In this document: positions 10,054-19,122 of the stretch, piece by piece
Layout: each line of letters begins with the position of its first letter
How positions within the stretch are numbered: the first letter of the stretch is position 1
From: a virus
Virus record (IMG/VR): IMGVR_UViG_3300045988_082887
Direction: 5' to 3' (one strand)
Length of the DNA stretch: 58,395 bases
Position numbers and translations under genes: made by a program
Notes under the pieces: model-generated
Databases searched by the model: none
What the model was told of the DNA's origin: nothing
The model's input: the letters and a program-made list of their open reading frames with translations, nothing else

Positions 10054-11130
10054 TTAGTAAGCCTTGATACAGTACACAGCGTCCATGCGCTCAAAGGACG
10101 GCAGGACGATTTCGGAGACGTAGATGTTGGTGTTGACAGGATGCACAGTCTGCTCGGTAGTAACAGCAACGCCAGTATTCACAACGGAAACCTGTGCGTT
10201 GGAGATGCCAGCCATCAGATCGGCTTCTTCGGGAGTAGCAACATAGTACATATTGCCCAGAGGGCCAGAAGGAGCCAGTACGACATAGCCATCGTGCAGA
10301 TACTTCTCGGCGGCAGCGGTCTCTTCCGGCTTGAACATCTTGTCATACAGGTGGATACGAATACCGGATGCAGTTTCGACAACGGAACGTGCTTCGGAAT
10401 CAACCAGCACAGCGGTGGTGGTCTTCATAACCGTCAGGAACCGGTTCTTGATTTCATCCGCAGCAATCATCTTGTGGAAAGTGTTGGTGTTCATGTAGGC
10501 ATCGGTGATAATCTCACCAGTGTTTGCCAGCACGGTGTTTGCAGCAGTGGTCATCGTGGCGATGGGGGTTGCAGTGGTAGGAGCGTCCCACTTCTCCTTG
10601 GTAGCCAGAGCCTTGTAATTGGACTGCTGCCAAGTGCCGTCAGGGTCGTAATCGTAGACGTAACTCACGCCGTTGGATTCGATGGAGATGCCGGGCTTGC
10701 CAGTCTTAGGAGCCAGAAGCTGCCACACCATTCGCTCAGGCACAATACGAGCGCCGGTAATAAGCTGTGCGGTATCATCGTAGACACGATTGATAACGTC
10801 TGCCGCAAACTCCTGATTGGTAGCCAGAACAGAGATAATCTTGCGGCGGTCTTCCTCGTCAATGTGAGTGCCCTCACGGAAGAACGGCATACTGGTCTCG
10901 GTCATCTTGATGCCCTGACGAGTACGGAACGTAGCCTTAGTGTCGAACACGCTAGGCTTCAGCGAAACGCCAACGCCCTTGTGACCACGAAGCCACTTCA
11001 GTTCCATACTGACCTTCTTACGGGCAGGGAACAGAGCATCAGAAGCATAGGGCTGCGCATTGGTCGGGTCATTCGTCCAGTAGGCGGCAATCGCAGCAGG
11101 GGAGAAGATTTCATTCAGATTCAGTGCCAT
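10054..11130 (-). CDS. Major capsid protein, lambda gpE-like family
   Basis: 358 aa. The N-terminal LNEIFSP...LFPARK pattern and overall layout match Phage_cap_E. It follows the scaffold and decoration genes. Confidence 0.8.
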   Translation of the reverse strand: MALNLNEIFSPAAIAAYWTNDPTNAQPYASDALFPARKKVSMELKWLRGHKGVGVSLKPSVFDTKATFRTRQGIKMTETSMPFFREGTHIDEEDRRKIISVLATNQEFAADVINRVYDDTAQLITGARIVPERMVWQLLAPKTGKPGISIESNGVSYVYDYDPDGTWQQSNYKALATKEKWDAPTTATPIATMTTAANTVLANTGEIITDAYMNTNTFHKMIAADEIKNRFLTVMKTTTAVLVDSEARSVVETASGIRIHLYDKMFKPEETAAAEKYLHDGYVVLAPSGPLGNMYYVATPEEADLMAGISNAQVSVVNTGVAVTTEQTVHPVNTNIYVSEIVLPSFERMDAVYCIKAY

Positions 11131-11143
11131 AATTTAGTCCTCC

Positions 11144-11518
11144 TTACTCGCTCTTTGCGCCAACATCGGTACGGCAGAAAACGGCGGGAACAGCCTTTTT
11201 CAGAGCGGCAATATCGTTTGCAGAATAGGTAAAGCCGGACAGCTTTGCCTTGTCCACATCAATAACGCCCTGAATCAGCAGTGCGCCATTGGGGTTGACG
11301 GCAGGGTCAACGGTGTGCAGCAGAATGCCAATAGCATCGGTAGCCGCATCAGAAGCACTAGTGCCAGTAGTGGCAGCAGCTTTCAGGCCAGTCTTTGCCA
11401 TAGGATAACCAGCCGGGACGGCATTGGTTTCCTTGACGGTAAAGGGAATGGCAACGTAGGTATCAGCAGCCAGAATAGTGCTTTCAGGAGCCGATACCGG
11501 AGTATTGGTGTACTTCAT
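11144..11518 (-). CDS. Head decoration protein (gpD-like)
   Basis: 124 aa between scaffold and capsid genes; GILLHTVD...ALLIQGVIDV resembles gpD-type decoration proteins. Confidence 0.5.
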   Translation of the reverse strand: MKYTNTPVSAPESTILAADTYVAIPFTVKETNAVPAGYPMAKTGLKAAATTGTSASDAATDAIGILLHTVDPAVNPNGALLIQGVIDVDKAKLSGFTYSANDIAALKKAVPAVFCRTDVGAKSE

Positions 11519-11528
11519 ATTTTCCTCC

Positions 11529-12158
11529 TTAATGGAAAGCAGTCATTGCGTCACTCGATGCCTTGTTTGCGTCTGCACGCTCCTGTGCGAAGCGTTTAGC
11601 AAAGGCAACGCCTGCGCTATCTGCGCTGTTACCATTGCCATCCGCACCCGGGGGCGTGGGCATATCCTTCAGCAGGGAAGCCTTGTATGCGGTGTCGTGG
11701 GCGGTCATAAACTCCGACTGGAACTTAAACACCTTGTCCATGTCACCGTCAGCCAGCGCAGAGGCAGCCTTGTTGGCAAGTTCAGCGTCATAACCCTGCG
11801 CAACAAACTTCTCACGATAAGATGCGAGGGTCTTTTCCTTGACGAGATTCTCCTTGTCGGCAGTCAGGGCTTCAATCTGCTTCTGCATTTCTGCCAGCTT
11901 GTCAGCCTGTTCCTGTGCGGCGTTCTCGTCATCGGTACGCTTTGCTTTGAGCTGCTTCTTGTACTCGGCGGCTTCGCCGTTGGCTTTCGTCACGGCGTTG
12001 CGCAGCTTCTCGACCTCTGCGTTAGGGTCTGCAACCTTTTCCAGCGCAGAAATGATTTCATCGGCGGTCATGCCCTCTTTGTAAGCATCACCAAGCAACA
12101 CATTGAGTTTCATATCGTTAATTTCCTCCTGCGTTTTTTTACCGTTGCTTCCCTGCAA
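11529..12158 (-). CDS. Scaffolding protein (DUF4355-like)
   Basis: Charged coiled-coil protein between portal and capsid genes. The likely true start is the ATG at 12113. Confidence 0.7.
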   Translation of the reverse strand: MQGSNGKKTQEEINDMKLNVLLGDAYKEGMTADEIISALEKVADPNAEVEKLRNAVTKANGEAAEYKKQLKAKRTDDENAAQEQADKLAEMQKQIEALTADKENLVKEKTLASYREKFVAQGYDAELANKAASALADGDMDKVFKFQSEFMTAHDTAYKASLLKDMPTPPGADGNGNSADSAGVAFAKRFAQERADANKASSDAMTAFH

Positions 12159-12205
12159 CGCTGCGAAATTTGTATCCCGGCTTCCCTGCCGGAATATGCA
12201 AAGGG

Positions 12206-13714
12206 TTATTTGCCCTCTGTTTCTTTATTGGTGCTGTCAGCCTGTCCGTCCGATGTTTTGTTGGCATCAACAACTTGTTCAGGCTGTTTCTCCTGCGGTC
12301 TCGGAGCTTTGCCGTCCTCGCCCAGCTTGCCAGCGGCAATCAGGAAAGGCACACTTGCTTGATATGCAGCTTCCGGGTCTGTATAAAGGTGAGAAATTTC
12401 AAAAGCCAAATGCGGGTCTGCCGAAGAATCAAGCATTTGGATAAAGACTTGAACCTTACTTTGCAGATTGTCATATTGACGACGCGGCAGTCTTATTTCA
12501 ACGTCACTTGCCATCAGCTTAGAACCAGCCGTATCACGCAGGATTTTCAGCATCACAGACAGGCTTTGGCGTTCAGAGAACTTGAACATATTCTCGTACT
12601 GCTGCGCCCTTGCTTCTGTGTGATTCCAGCCGTTGCGGACAATGACTGCGCCCACGTTGTCAGACGTTGCGTTCTCACTGCCGGTAGCACTAGGCATAGC
12701 AGTCAGGCTGCGGTACACGTTCAACATGGAATCAAGCAAGGTCTGGCTCTGCTGCTGGTCAAGCTCATTGGCAATCTGCGAAACAGATGCGGGCATACCG
12801 GAAGTGGATTTCAGGCACATTGCGCCAAGCTCTTTTACTTGGTCGAGAGCATTCTTGTCCACAAGGCAGTTGGTAAACACCATGATGGACTGAATGAACT
12901 GCGCTACGCCGTCTAGACGATTGCTTTCTAGGTCGTTGATGGCATCCAGAACAGGGATGGCCGGTTCAAACAGACCCATGCGCTCCGGGTTGAGCTTGTA
13001 TTCGACCATCGGCAGCATTCCAAGAGAATGATTCTCCGATTTTGTGACCTTGCCGTTGTCGATTTCAAAGTACTGGTTTGGCGTATACACGCAAATCAGG
13101 TCGTTCAAGTCGTTCTGATAATTGCGCGGGATGTGCAGCACGTTGGCAATCGGCTTGTGTCCGATGCCGGAGTTGTAAATCACATACGCCATGTCGGGGT
13201 CTGGAACATCCACCAACAGGGGCGTTTCGTCCGGGTAATTGCCGCCATACCCCTTGTCAGGAAGAACGATGCGGTATCCCTGTCCGCACTCCAACATCCA
13301 CTGCCAGAGCCGCCGATCAAGCGCGTCCTTGCCCTCATACTGCAAAGCGTTAGACAGCCGGGCGATTTCCTCGCCGTCACCTGTTGCCGTTTCAGACCGC
13401 ACATAAGAGCACGGCGTGCCACTCATATAACCTGTGTAAAAGCCCACGCACTCATTGGCGTGGTTCTCAACAATGCGGTTAGTGATTTCAGCATGGTACT
13501 CCTTTGTGCGGTGGAGGACAGGCTGGCTGCCCAAGTAGTAGTTGTGCAGGAAACGAATCTCATTCTTGTTCAGCAGATGAATAGGCTCTGCCTTTCCCAT
13601 TACCACTTTCAGCACGTTCTCCCGATTGATTTCCGTCTCCGGCGTTTCAATCGGTCTGCGTCCGGTCAGCGGATTATTCAAAAATCCGCCAACGACTATC
13701 TGATACTCAGCCAT
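12206..13714 (-). CDS. Portal protein (SPP1 gp6-like)
   Basis: 502 aa with a typical size and position. RBS is GGAAAGGAGGAA. Confidence 0.85.
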   Translation of the reverse strand: MAEYQIVVGGFLNNPLTGRRPIETPETEINRENVLKVVMGKAEPIHLLNKNEIRFLHNYYLGSQPVLHRTKEYHAEITNRIVENHANECVGFYTGYMSGTPCSYVRSETATGDGEEIARLSNALQYEGKDALDRRLWQWMLECGQGYRIVLPDKGYGGNYPDETPLLVDVPDPDMAYVIYNSGIGHKPIANVLHIPRNYQNDLNDLICVYTPNQYFEIDNGKVTKSENHSLGMLPMVEYKLNPERMGLFEPAIPVLDAINDLESNRLDGVAQFIQSIMVFTNCLVDKNALDQVKELGAMCLKSTSGMPASVSQIANELDQQQSQTLLDSMLNVYRSLTAMPSATGSENATSDNVGAVIVRNGWNHTEARAQQYENMFKFSERQSLSVMLKILRDTAGSKLMASDVEIRLPRRQYDNLQSKVQVFIQMLDSSADPHLAFEISHLYTDPEAAYQASVPFLIAAGKLGEDGKAPRPQEKQPEQVVDANKTSDGQADSTNKETEGK

Positions 13715-13806
13715 GTGTTCCTCCTTTCCGGCAAAATAAAAAAGCGCAGCAAGAAAAACCTGTTAAGGTCTATCTCACTGCGCCAAAACTGCGCTTCAAA
13801 AGCTAT

Positions 13807-13989
13807 TTACTTTTCCGGTGGATGGATGATTTTCACCCATCCTTCCCTTGTGTCTCCTTCGATTACGCCCTTGCATCTGTCACACTTGAAATGGTATCGT
13901 CCGTCTACTTCGCCAAGATAGCGGTTGCAGCGGACGTTCTTATAGATTGGGTTTTGCCTGATACAAGGACAGCAGATTCTAACTAGCAT
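13807..13989 (-). CDS. Small CxxC zinc-ribbon protein
   Basis: 60 aa with CPC...C and CDRC pairs. RBS is GAAAGGAGCG. Confidence 0.55.
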   Translation of the reverse strand: MLVRICCPCIRQNPIYKNVRCNRYLGEVDGRYHFKCDRCKGVIEGDTREGWVKIIHPPEK

Positions 13990-14152
13990 GAGCGCTCCTT
14001 TCGTTGGATTTCTGGAAACAGGCTGTTGAGCACAGACCTGTCGGAAGCTACTGGGAAACTGTTCGCACTTCCAGCCGTGCTATTTTCCGCCCGGAAAACC
14101 TTCACAGTCTTTCTGTTTGCCGGACAGGCAATGGTTCAGACTGCGATTCGGA

Positions 14153-14221
14153 CGCGGAAGCTGGATTTGAACCAGCGGCCTCTTGGTAACCAAGCGAGCT
14201 ACCTGACTGCTCCACTCCGCG
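14153..14221 (-). ncRNA. tRNA-like element 1: canonical acceptor, D and T arms but a 3-nt anticodon loop
   Basis: Minus strand reads CGCGGAG-TG-GAGC-AGTCAGGTA-GCTC-G-CTTGG-TTA-CCAAG-AGGCC-GCTGG-TTCAAAT-CCAGC-TTCCGCG-T. Every arm pairs, but the anticodon stem closes on the triloop UUA. Confidence 0.55.
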
Positions 14222-14348
14222 ATAGACCCGGCTTACTTTACCGCTGCTCTTTGCAAAAGGAGAAATTGAAAAAGCCTTTTGCATCGAGAGCCGGGAATAG
14301 CGGCGAGGTGTCAAAAGAGAAATCCCATGCAAAGCAAGAGGATGGTTG

Positions 14349-14425
14349 CGCTGCGTAGCGGGTTTGAACCGCTTCGTGTCAGTTGGGGGAGTACAAACAA
14401 CGTTCCGTCCACTCGGAAACGCAAC
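14349..14425 (-). ncRNA. tRNA-like element 2: 7-bp acceptor stem, CCGAGTGG-type D arm and T arm, but an aberrant anticodon arm (4-bp stem, 12-nt loop)
   Basis: Acceptor GTTGCGT pairs with ACGCAGC. T arm is AGCGG-TTCAAAC-CCGCT. The central part, GTTG-TTTGTACTCCCC-CAAC, does not form a 5+7+5 arm. Confidence 0.5.
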
Positions 14426-14566
14426 ATATAACCCCCACGACAGAGAAAGGCGGCTGTCGTGGGTGAGTAAGAAAGGAGGGTATTACACAACAAATGACGA
14501 GTAAAAATGACTTAAAAAATCTCGCCAACGCAATACCTAGAGGAAGCTGCAAATCTTCCTGGTACT

Positions 14567-14595
14567 ATTGTAAGCCATGTCAATAGGCAAATCAA
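14567..14595 (-). promoter_or_regulatory. Candidate sigma70-type promoter for the tRNA-like/structured RNA locus
   Basis: Minus strand TTGATT-17 nt-TACAAT, located 39 nt downstream of the terL stop codon. Confidence 0.45.
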
Positions 14596-14633
14596 ATTTT
14601 AATGCCTACGCACCCGGCTATTTAGGGGAATTA

Positions 14634-17303
14634 TTAAAATGGCCTCTTGACAGGCTCGATTTTACTGATTCCGTTGTACAATTCATCGGCAAGCTGTGCC
14701 AGACTATCCGGTGCATCATCGTGCGGAACTTTGCCAAGCTGCGTGAACATCGTCACCTGTTCCATGAACGCTTTGTACTCTTTCGACTGGTGTTTCTCGT
14801 CAAGGAAGTAGAACCGCTTAATGTCCGGCGCATACTGGATGATTCTGGACAGCTTGCTTTGACCACTTGGCGCACGCTGGCTGCGAACAGAACAGTGATA
14901 GCCCTGTTGCCGGAGCTGACTATCCACCACATCACAGTATTCATCACCGCCGTTGTTGGCTTCGCCGCGTACCACGTTGATTTTGTGCTGGATGATTTTG
15001 CCAACGACTTCCGGTCTGGTCACGGTCTTATCGCCGTTATTGAACACAAGGTCTGGGATGAACACGGCATCGCCATACACATAGGCGATAGGACAGGCGG
15101 TGAAGTCACCGCCGCCCCATGCAATATCCATAACCATAAGCTTGCGATCAGGCTCTCCATCAGGCAGAACGCCGTTGAAATACCGCAGTTCATCGGCAGG
15201 GAACAGCAGACCTTCACGCACATAGGGCTTACCCATGTACTTTGCCCACCATGTTGCATCATCAATGCTGGCTTTCATGTCGGCATAGTAGGCGTCATCA
15301 AATCCTACGCCGTAGTCATAGTTGAAGTTGCTGTGTCCGTTCTCGTCCACCGCAGGAATTACCCGGAAGCGGTATTTCGGGTTGTCTGCATACTGGTTCT
15401 GGATGCGCCCCAGAGGGTCAAGAACGTTCCAGCGTGTACCGACCATCAGCTCTAATGCTCCCTGCTTTTTACGGTCTTTCAATTGGTTAAGGTAGGCATC
15501 GTACTTATTGTTTAGGCGCTCAACATTCAGGCTTTCCTCCAAGTCCTCAATCAAGTCATCGCTGTACAGAACGCCGCCCTCACCGATTTCAACAGCGCCA
15601 GTCAGAGTACCGCCAATAGAGCGACAAGTCAGGGTGGGGAATCGCTTCTTTCGATTCAGGTCAACGCTTTCGTCCTTTGCGCTCTTGTCCACAAGCTGAA
15701 CGTCAGGGAAGATTTTTCCCCAGTTGTAGGTAACAGGGTCGGTGATGATGGATAGCACCTCGCCGTAGAAGCCGTTGGTCAGCTTGTCAGAGTGCCCGCT
15801 CATAACCGATGCAACGTCCGGGCGGTTTCCCATAAGCCATGTGATGAAGAAAATGCACAGGGTACTGTTATGGGTAGGAATTAGCCGTTTGCCAGCGCAA
15901 TACACGCCGCCCTCAACCTGAATGCAGTTTCCTTGCTTCGGCTCGATGCGCTCAAACCCGCAAAACGCCACACGGCGAGGTTTGGAAAACTCCTTTAACT
16001 GCTTGCGAGGAACAACGCAAGGAATGGGGCAGGTAGGATTAAAAGAGATGGAATAGACTGTCAGATTGCCTTTAATGCCACTAGACGATACGCGAGGTGG
16101 ATATTCAACCACGCTGCATCTCCATCCAAAGGTAGAAACCAGCGTGACAAAATCATCTCTCATTTGCGGCTCTGTGGTAGAAAAAGCGTACCGATGCTCT
16201 TTTGCCCGTAACGTACCGTCTGTATCGAGCAGACCGGCAAGCAATTCCATACGCTGTGCAATGCTGGCTGTGAAGTATTCTTCTGGGATGTGCTTCACGC
16301 AGCGGCGGTGACTATGGCACATATCGCCTTTTTGAAGTGCTTGTCGCAAACCAGAGAATCCGTAGTATTCAACACCAGTGTCCTTGTGAACCGTATGCCA
16401 ACTAACCGGGTATCCATCGTTAATGACGCGCTCAACAATTACCCGATCACAAGGCGGCTCGCAAATATCCGGGTGTTGGTTGCGGCCATCGCCAAGCCAT
16501 GCGCCCAATGTGTACGGCTCAACAGGCAGTTTCTTATATTCTCCCTCAACAAAATTTTTGAACGGAACCTGATAACAGAATCTTATGCCATCTTTTGTAT
16601 CGGTAACATAATCCTCCATCATCCGCTTGGTTTCGACCACATCAAATCCGTTCTTATGGCGGTTAAAGACCGGCCACTCGTGGTTTTCGTGGCAGTCAAT
16701 GTATGTGCCGTCAGAGAAATGGCATCGCACATCAAGCTGACACTTAGGCGAAACTGCCAGCACCTTCACAAACTGGCCTTTCGGGCTGATAACTTCATCG
16801 CCAACTTGCAAATCGCCGTGATTCTTCCAGCCGTTTCGTGTAAGAATCGGCGTATCATCGCTCAAAGCCTTGCCCACGCGAGCCGGAAGGCTGACCCCCA
16901 AGAAATCTATCCGCTTATAAAACAAGTCCTCTAGGTCATCTGCCAGCACTTTCAGCACTCTGCGTCTGGGCTGATAGAACTTCTTCTCCGGCGCACGGTT
17001 CCATTCAAGGTAGATGCAATAACTGTCGAACACGTCTTTTGCTTCAAACAGGTACGTCCGGCTGATAATGTCATAGACCTTCGCCACGTCCTCGCCTGTT
17101 TTCATCTTGCCCATCATGGCCGCGCAGACAGAGCGCAGCTCACCAGAGTATTTGTAGGCATCGAACCGCTTGCCTTGCGGCAAAGCGTCTCTCAGGTTCA
17201 CGACCGCCTGAAACCAGTCCTCGTAGACCTGTGCTTCGGTCGGATTCTGCTTTGCATACGCTTTGATGCTGTCAATGATGGCGATACACTGCTTTGGCTG
17301 CAT
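14634..17303 (-). CDS. terL: Terminase large subunit precursor carrying an intein
   Basis: The Walker A motif is split: GVSLPARVGK, then the intein, then STLCIFFITW. A C-terminal nuclease-type region is present. The likely start is the ATG at 17303 (MQPKQC...) rather than the track start at 17357. Confidence 0.9.
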   Translation of the reverse strand: MQPKQCIAIIDSIKAYAKQNPTEAQVYEDWFQAVVNLRDALPQGKRFDAYKYSGELRSVCAAMMGKMKTGEDVAKVYDIISRTYLFEAKDVFDSYCIYLEWNRAPEKKFYQPRRRVLKVLADDLEDLFYKRIDFLGVSLPARVGKALSDDTPILTRNGWKNHGDLQVGDEVISPKGQFVKVLAVSPKCQLDVRCHFSDGTYIDCHENHEWPVFNRHKNGFDVVETKRMMEDYVTDTKDGIRFCYQVPFKNFVEGEYKKLPVEPYTLGAWLGDGRNQHPDICEPPCDRVIVERVINDGYPVSWHTVHKDTGVEYYGFSGLRQALQKGDMCHSHRRCVKHIPEEYFTASIAQRMELLAGLLDTDGTLRAKEHRYAFSTTEPQMRDDFVTLVSTFGWRCSVVEYPPRVSSSGIKGNLTVYSISFNPTCPIPCVVPRKQLKEFSKPRRVAFCGFERIEPKQGNCIQVEGGVYCAGKRLIPTHNSTLCIFFITWLMGNRPDVASVMSGHSDKLTNGFYGEVLSIITDPVTYNWGKIFPDVQLVDKSAKDESVDLNRKKRFPTLTCRSIGGTLTGAVEIGEGGVLYSDDLIEDLEESLNVERLNNKYDAYLNQLKDRKKQGALELMVGTRWNVLDPLGRIQNQYADNPKYRFRVIPAVDENGHSNFNYDYGVGFDDAYYADMKASIDDATWWAKYMGKPYVREGLLFPADELRYFNGVLPDGEPDRKLMVMDIAWGGGDFTACPIAYVYGDAVFIPDLVFNNGDKTVTRPEVVGKIIQHKINVVRGEANNGGDEYCDVVDSQLRQQGYHCSVRSQRAPSGQSKLSRIIQYAPDIKRFYFLDEKHQSKEYKAFMEQVTMFTQLGKVPHDDAPDSLAQLADELYNGISKIEPVKRPF
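15867..16868 (-). mobile_element. 334-aa intein (Ala1 ... THN/S) with a LAGLIDADG homing endonuclease, inserted in the terL P-loop
   Basis: Starts ALSDDTPILT and ends IPTHN followed by S. LAGLIDADG motifs are LGAWLGDGR and LLAGLLDTDG. Removing it restores GVSLPARVGKSTLC. Confidence 0.85.
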
Positions 17304-17346
17304 AAAAAAATAGGCACCCCCTACCTGAAAATGTAAAGAGTGCCTA
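17304..17346 (-). terminator. Hairpin plus U-run abutting the terL start (possible terminator or antitermination point)
   Basis: Minus strand TAGGCAC-22 nt-GTGCCTA-TTTTTTT, followed directly by the ATG. Confidence 0.3.
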
Positions 17347-17416
17347 CAACTGCACAAAAATCAAATATTCGGTTTTTATAATGCTGTTTTAGAAATTTTC
17401 TTTATTGACTTAGTTT

Positions 17417-17614
17417 TCAAACTCCTTCCGCTGCTTTGATGGCAGCACGAACTAATTTATATACGCAAAACTCTCTATTCTCCCATGTGGACTTTCGGCA
17501 TTCTTCTGCACACTGAATAATGTCCAAAAGGCTTCCTCCGTTCATCATTTGAGTCAAAACACGAATATCTTCTTCGCTCCACCACTCCGGAACTTTCACA
17601 GCTTTGTTGTCCAT
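17417..17614 (-). CDS. Hypothetical protein (65 aa)
   Basis: ORF with an RBS, inside the AT-rich island upstream of terL. Confidence 0.5.
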   Translation of the reverse strand: MDNKAVKVPEWWSEEDIRVLTQMMNGGSLLDIIQCAEECRKSTWENREFCVYKLVRAAIKAAEGV

Positions 17615-17626
17615 GAGCTACTCCTT

Positions 17627-17950
17627 TCACTGGTTATATAAAGTAGGCTTCGGTTCTTCATCCCCAAGCATCAACTTGTAACGAAGATACTTTTCGATAA
17701 TACCGTGTCTTTCTGCCAGTGTACCATAAATAAAGACGAGAGCATCTTTAGCAGCATCGTATTCATTCGGGAAAATGACAATTTCCTCGTTTGCAAAAGT
17801 CACGGTGCAGTTTTCCGAATGACAGGCTTCCAAAAACCTCTTAATTTCAAGGAATCCACAAAAGTCAAGCATAGACCGTAGCGTGATGCTTCCGTTCTTA
17901 ACAATCAGTTCTTCTCCCTGCATATTATCCAGCCTTTCTCTGTTCAGCAA
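17627..17950 (-). CDS. Hypothetical protein, paralog of 17972..18361
   Basis: ITLRSMLDFCGF...CHSENCTVTFANEEIVIF aligns with LTFRSVFDFVNC...CQSKKCNVLFYDENIFFDF in the neighbouring gene. Confidence 0.6.
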   Translation of the reverse strand: MLNRERLDNMQGEELIVKNGSITLRSMLDFCGFLEIKRFLEACHSENCTVTFANEEIVIFPNEYDAAKDALVFIYGTLAERHGIIEKYLRYKLMLGDEEPKPTLYNQ

Positions 17951-17971
17951 TCCGATACCATGTCTGGCGGG

Positions 17972-18361
17972 TCAAATAATGTTCGCTTGCTCATCAAGCC
18001 ACGTTTCGCGGTCAAGTCTTTCCTTCTTTTCGATTAAGGTAGGAGTAAACGTTTTATCGCTCTTCCATCCAGCGTATTTCTTAAAATACGCAAGATAATC
18101 TTCTGCTATTGCGGGAATACTTTCCAAAATAAATGTAAGAAGAGCAACTCTCATTTGCCGCTTAAACGTTTCGGAAGGGCTTTCTTTCTTGAAATCAAAA
18201 AATATGTTTTCATCATAAAACAAAACATTGCATTTCTTAGATTGGCATTCCAGCATAAAGGAAGTAAAATCTTTGCAGTTTACAAAATCGAAAACCGAAC
18301 GAAATGTCAAATCTGCATCTTTTTTGATAAAATCCCAATAAAACGGTTTTTGCTTTTCCAT
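17972..18361 (-). CDS. Hypothetical protein, paralog of 17627..17950
   Basis: Same shared motif as the neighbouring gene, in an AT-rich context. Confidence 0.6.
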   Translation of the reverse strand: MEKQKPFYWDFIKKDADLTFRSVFDFVNCKDFTSFMLECQSKKCNVLFYDENIFFDFKKESPSETFKRQMRVALLTFILESIPAIAEDYLAYFKKYAGWKSDKTFTPTLIEKKERLDRETWLDEQANII

Positions 18362-18453
18362 ATTGTTCTCCTTTTCTCTTGCCTGTTGGAGAAAAGAATG
18401 GTATACTGTGGTTGCACCATTCTTTTTCCTGTTTTGGTTGGTTTGGTGTACTC

Positions 18454-19110
18454 TTAGCGGTGGCTTGTGGTTGGGCTGCCGCTATTTTTATTTACGTATC
18501 TTTCGACACGCTCATACCAAGTAGATTTTCCAATACCAAGCTGCTTGCAACACTCTTTTACAGTGATTTCGCCTTTTTTCTGTTGTTTTAATAGGCTTTC
18601 AAACTGCTGCTCGTCAACTTGCTTTTCCTGTCTGCCGAAGCTACGGCCTGTTCTGGCTGACACTCGCTTGCCGTCAACAATGGGCATAGCAGCTATACCC
18701 TCTGCCTGACGCTGCTTGGTTTTCTTACGTTCCTGTTCAGCTACTGCGCCCAAAACCTCAATAAGGATGTTGTTTACCATTTCCAGCACCCACGTCTGGT
18801 CTTGGAAGTCAATAAGCGTGGTCGGAATGTCGAGAATGCGAACAATCACGCCTTTTTCTTTGAACCATTGAAGTTCTCGCTTCATTTCGTCTTTGTCACG
18901 CCCGAATCGGTCAAATTCCTTAACGATGACTTCATCCCCGGCCTTAACAGTCTCTTTTAACCGTTTATACTGCGGACGGTCAAAGCTACTACCTGTCATT
19001 TTATCACAAAATACATTCTCGTCCGGGATGTCGAACCGATCTCGTGCGATTTTAAGCTGTCTTGCAAGGCTTTGCTCCTTACTAGACACTCTAGCTAAGA
19101 AGTAACGCAT
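18454..19110 (-). CDS. Small serine recombinase (resolvase/invertase family) with a C-terminal HTH
   Basis: MRYFLARVSSKEQSLARQ carries the catalytic Ser motif; DRFGRD and the C-terminal VKECCKQLGIGKSTWY HTH are also present. The ATG at 19110 has the RBS GGGTGA. Confidence 0.85.
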   Translation of the reverse strand: MRYFLARVSSKEQSLARQLKIARDRFDIPDENVFCDKMTGSSFDRPQYKRLKETVKAGDEVIVKEFDRFGRDKDEMKRELQWFKEKGVIVRILDIPTTLIDFQDQTWVLEMVNNILIEVLGAVAEQERKKTKQRQAEGIAAMPIVDGKRVSARTGRSFGRQEKQVDEQQFESLLKQQKKGEITVKECCKQLGIGKSTWYERVERYVNKNSGSPTTSHR

Positions 19111-19122
19111 TTTTTTCACCCA

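Noticed and set aside
2647-13921. Long plus-strand ORFs across the structural module (for example 2647..3369, 5146..5826, 6148..6909, 6644..7525, 10141..11232, 11478..12362, 12170..12916, 13028..13921)
   Set aside because: They are antisense to well-supported capsid, portal and tape measure genes. Their composition is typical of antisense frames, and they lack start contexts.
14153-14221. tRNA-like element 1 as an ochre suppressor tRNA (anticodon UUA)
   Set aside because: A 7-nt loop GGUUACC would require opening two G-C pairs of a perfect 5-bp stem, and it would lack U33 and a purine at position 37. The phage ORFs also show no sign of stop-codon recoding. I kept it as a tRNA-like RNA only.
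14494-14586. 30-aa plus-strand ORF (MTSKNDLKNLANAIPRGSCKSSWYYCKPCQ) inside the RNA locus
   Set aside because: The Shine-Dalgarno-like GGAGGG is 13 nt away, the ORF is on the opposite strand to all neighbours, and it overlaps the predicted promoter and hairpin.
17417-18361. The three ORFs upstream of terL as the small terminase
   Set aside because: They have no HTH or TerS-like motifs, and two are paralogs of each other. A much better TerS candidate exists at 33553..34305.
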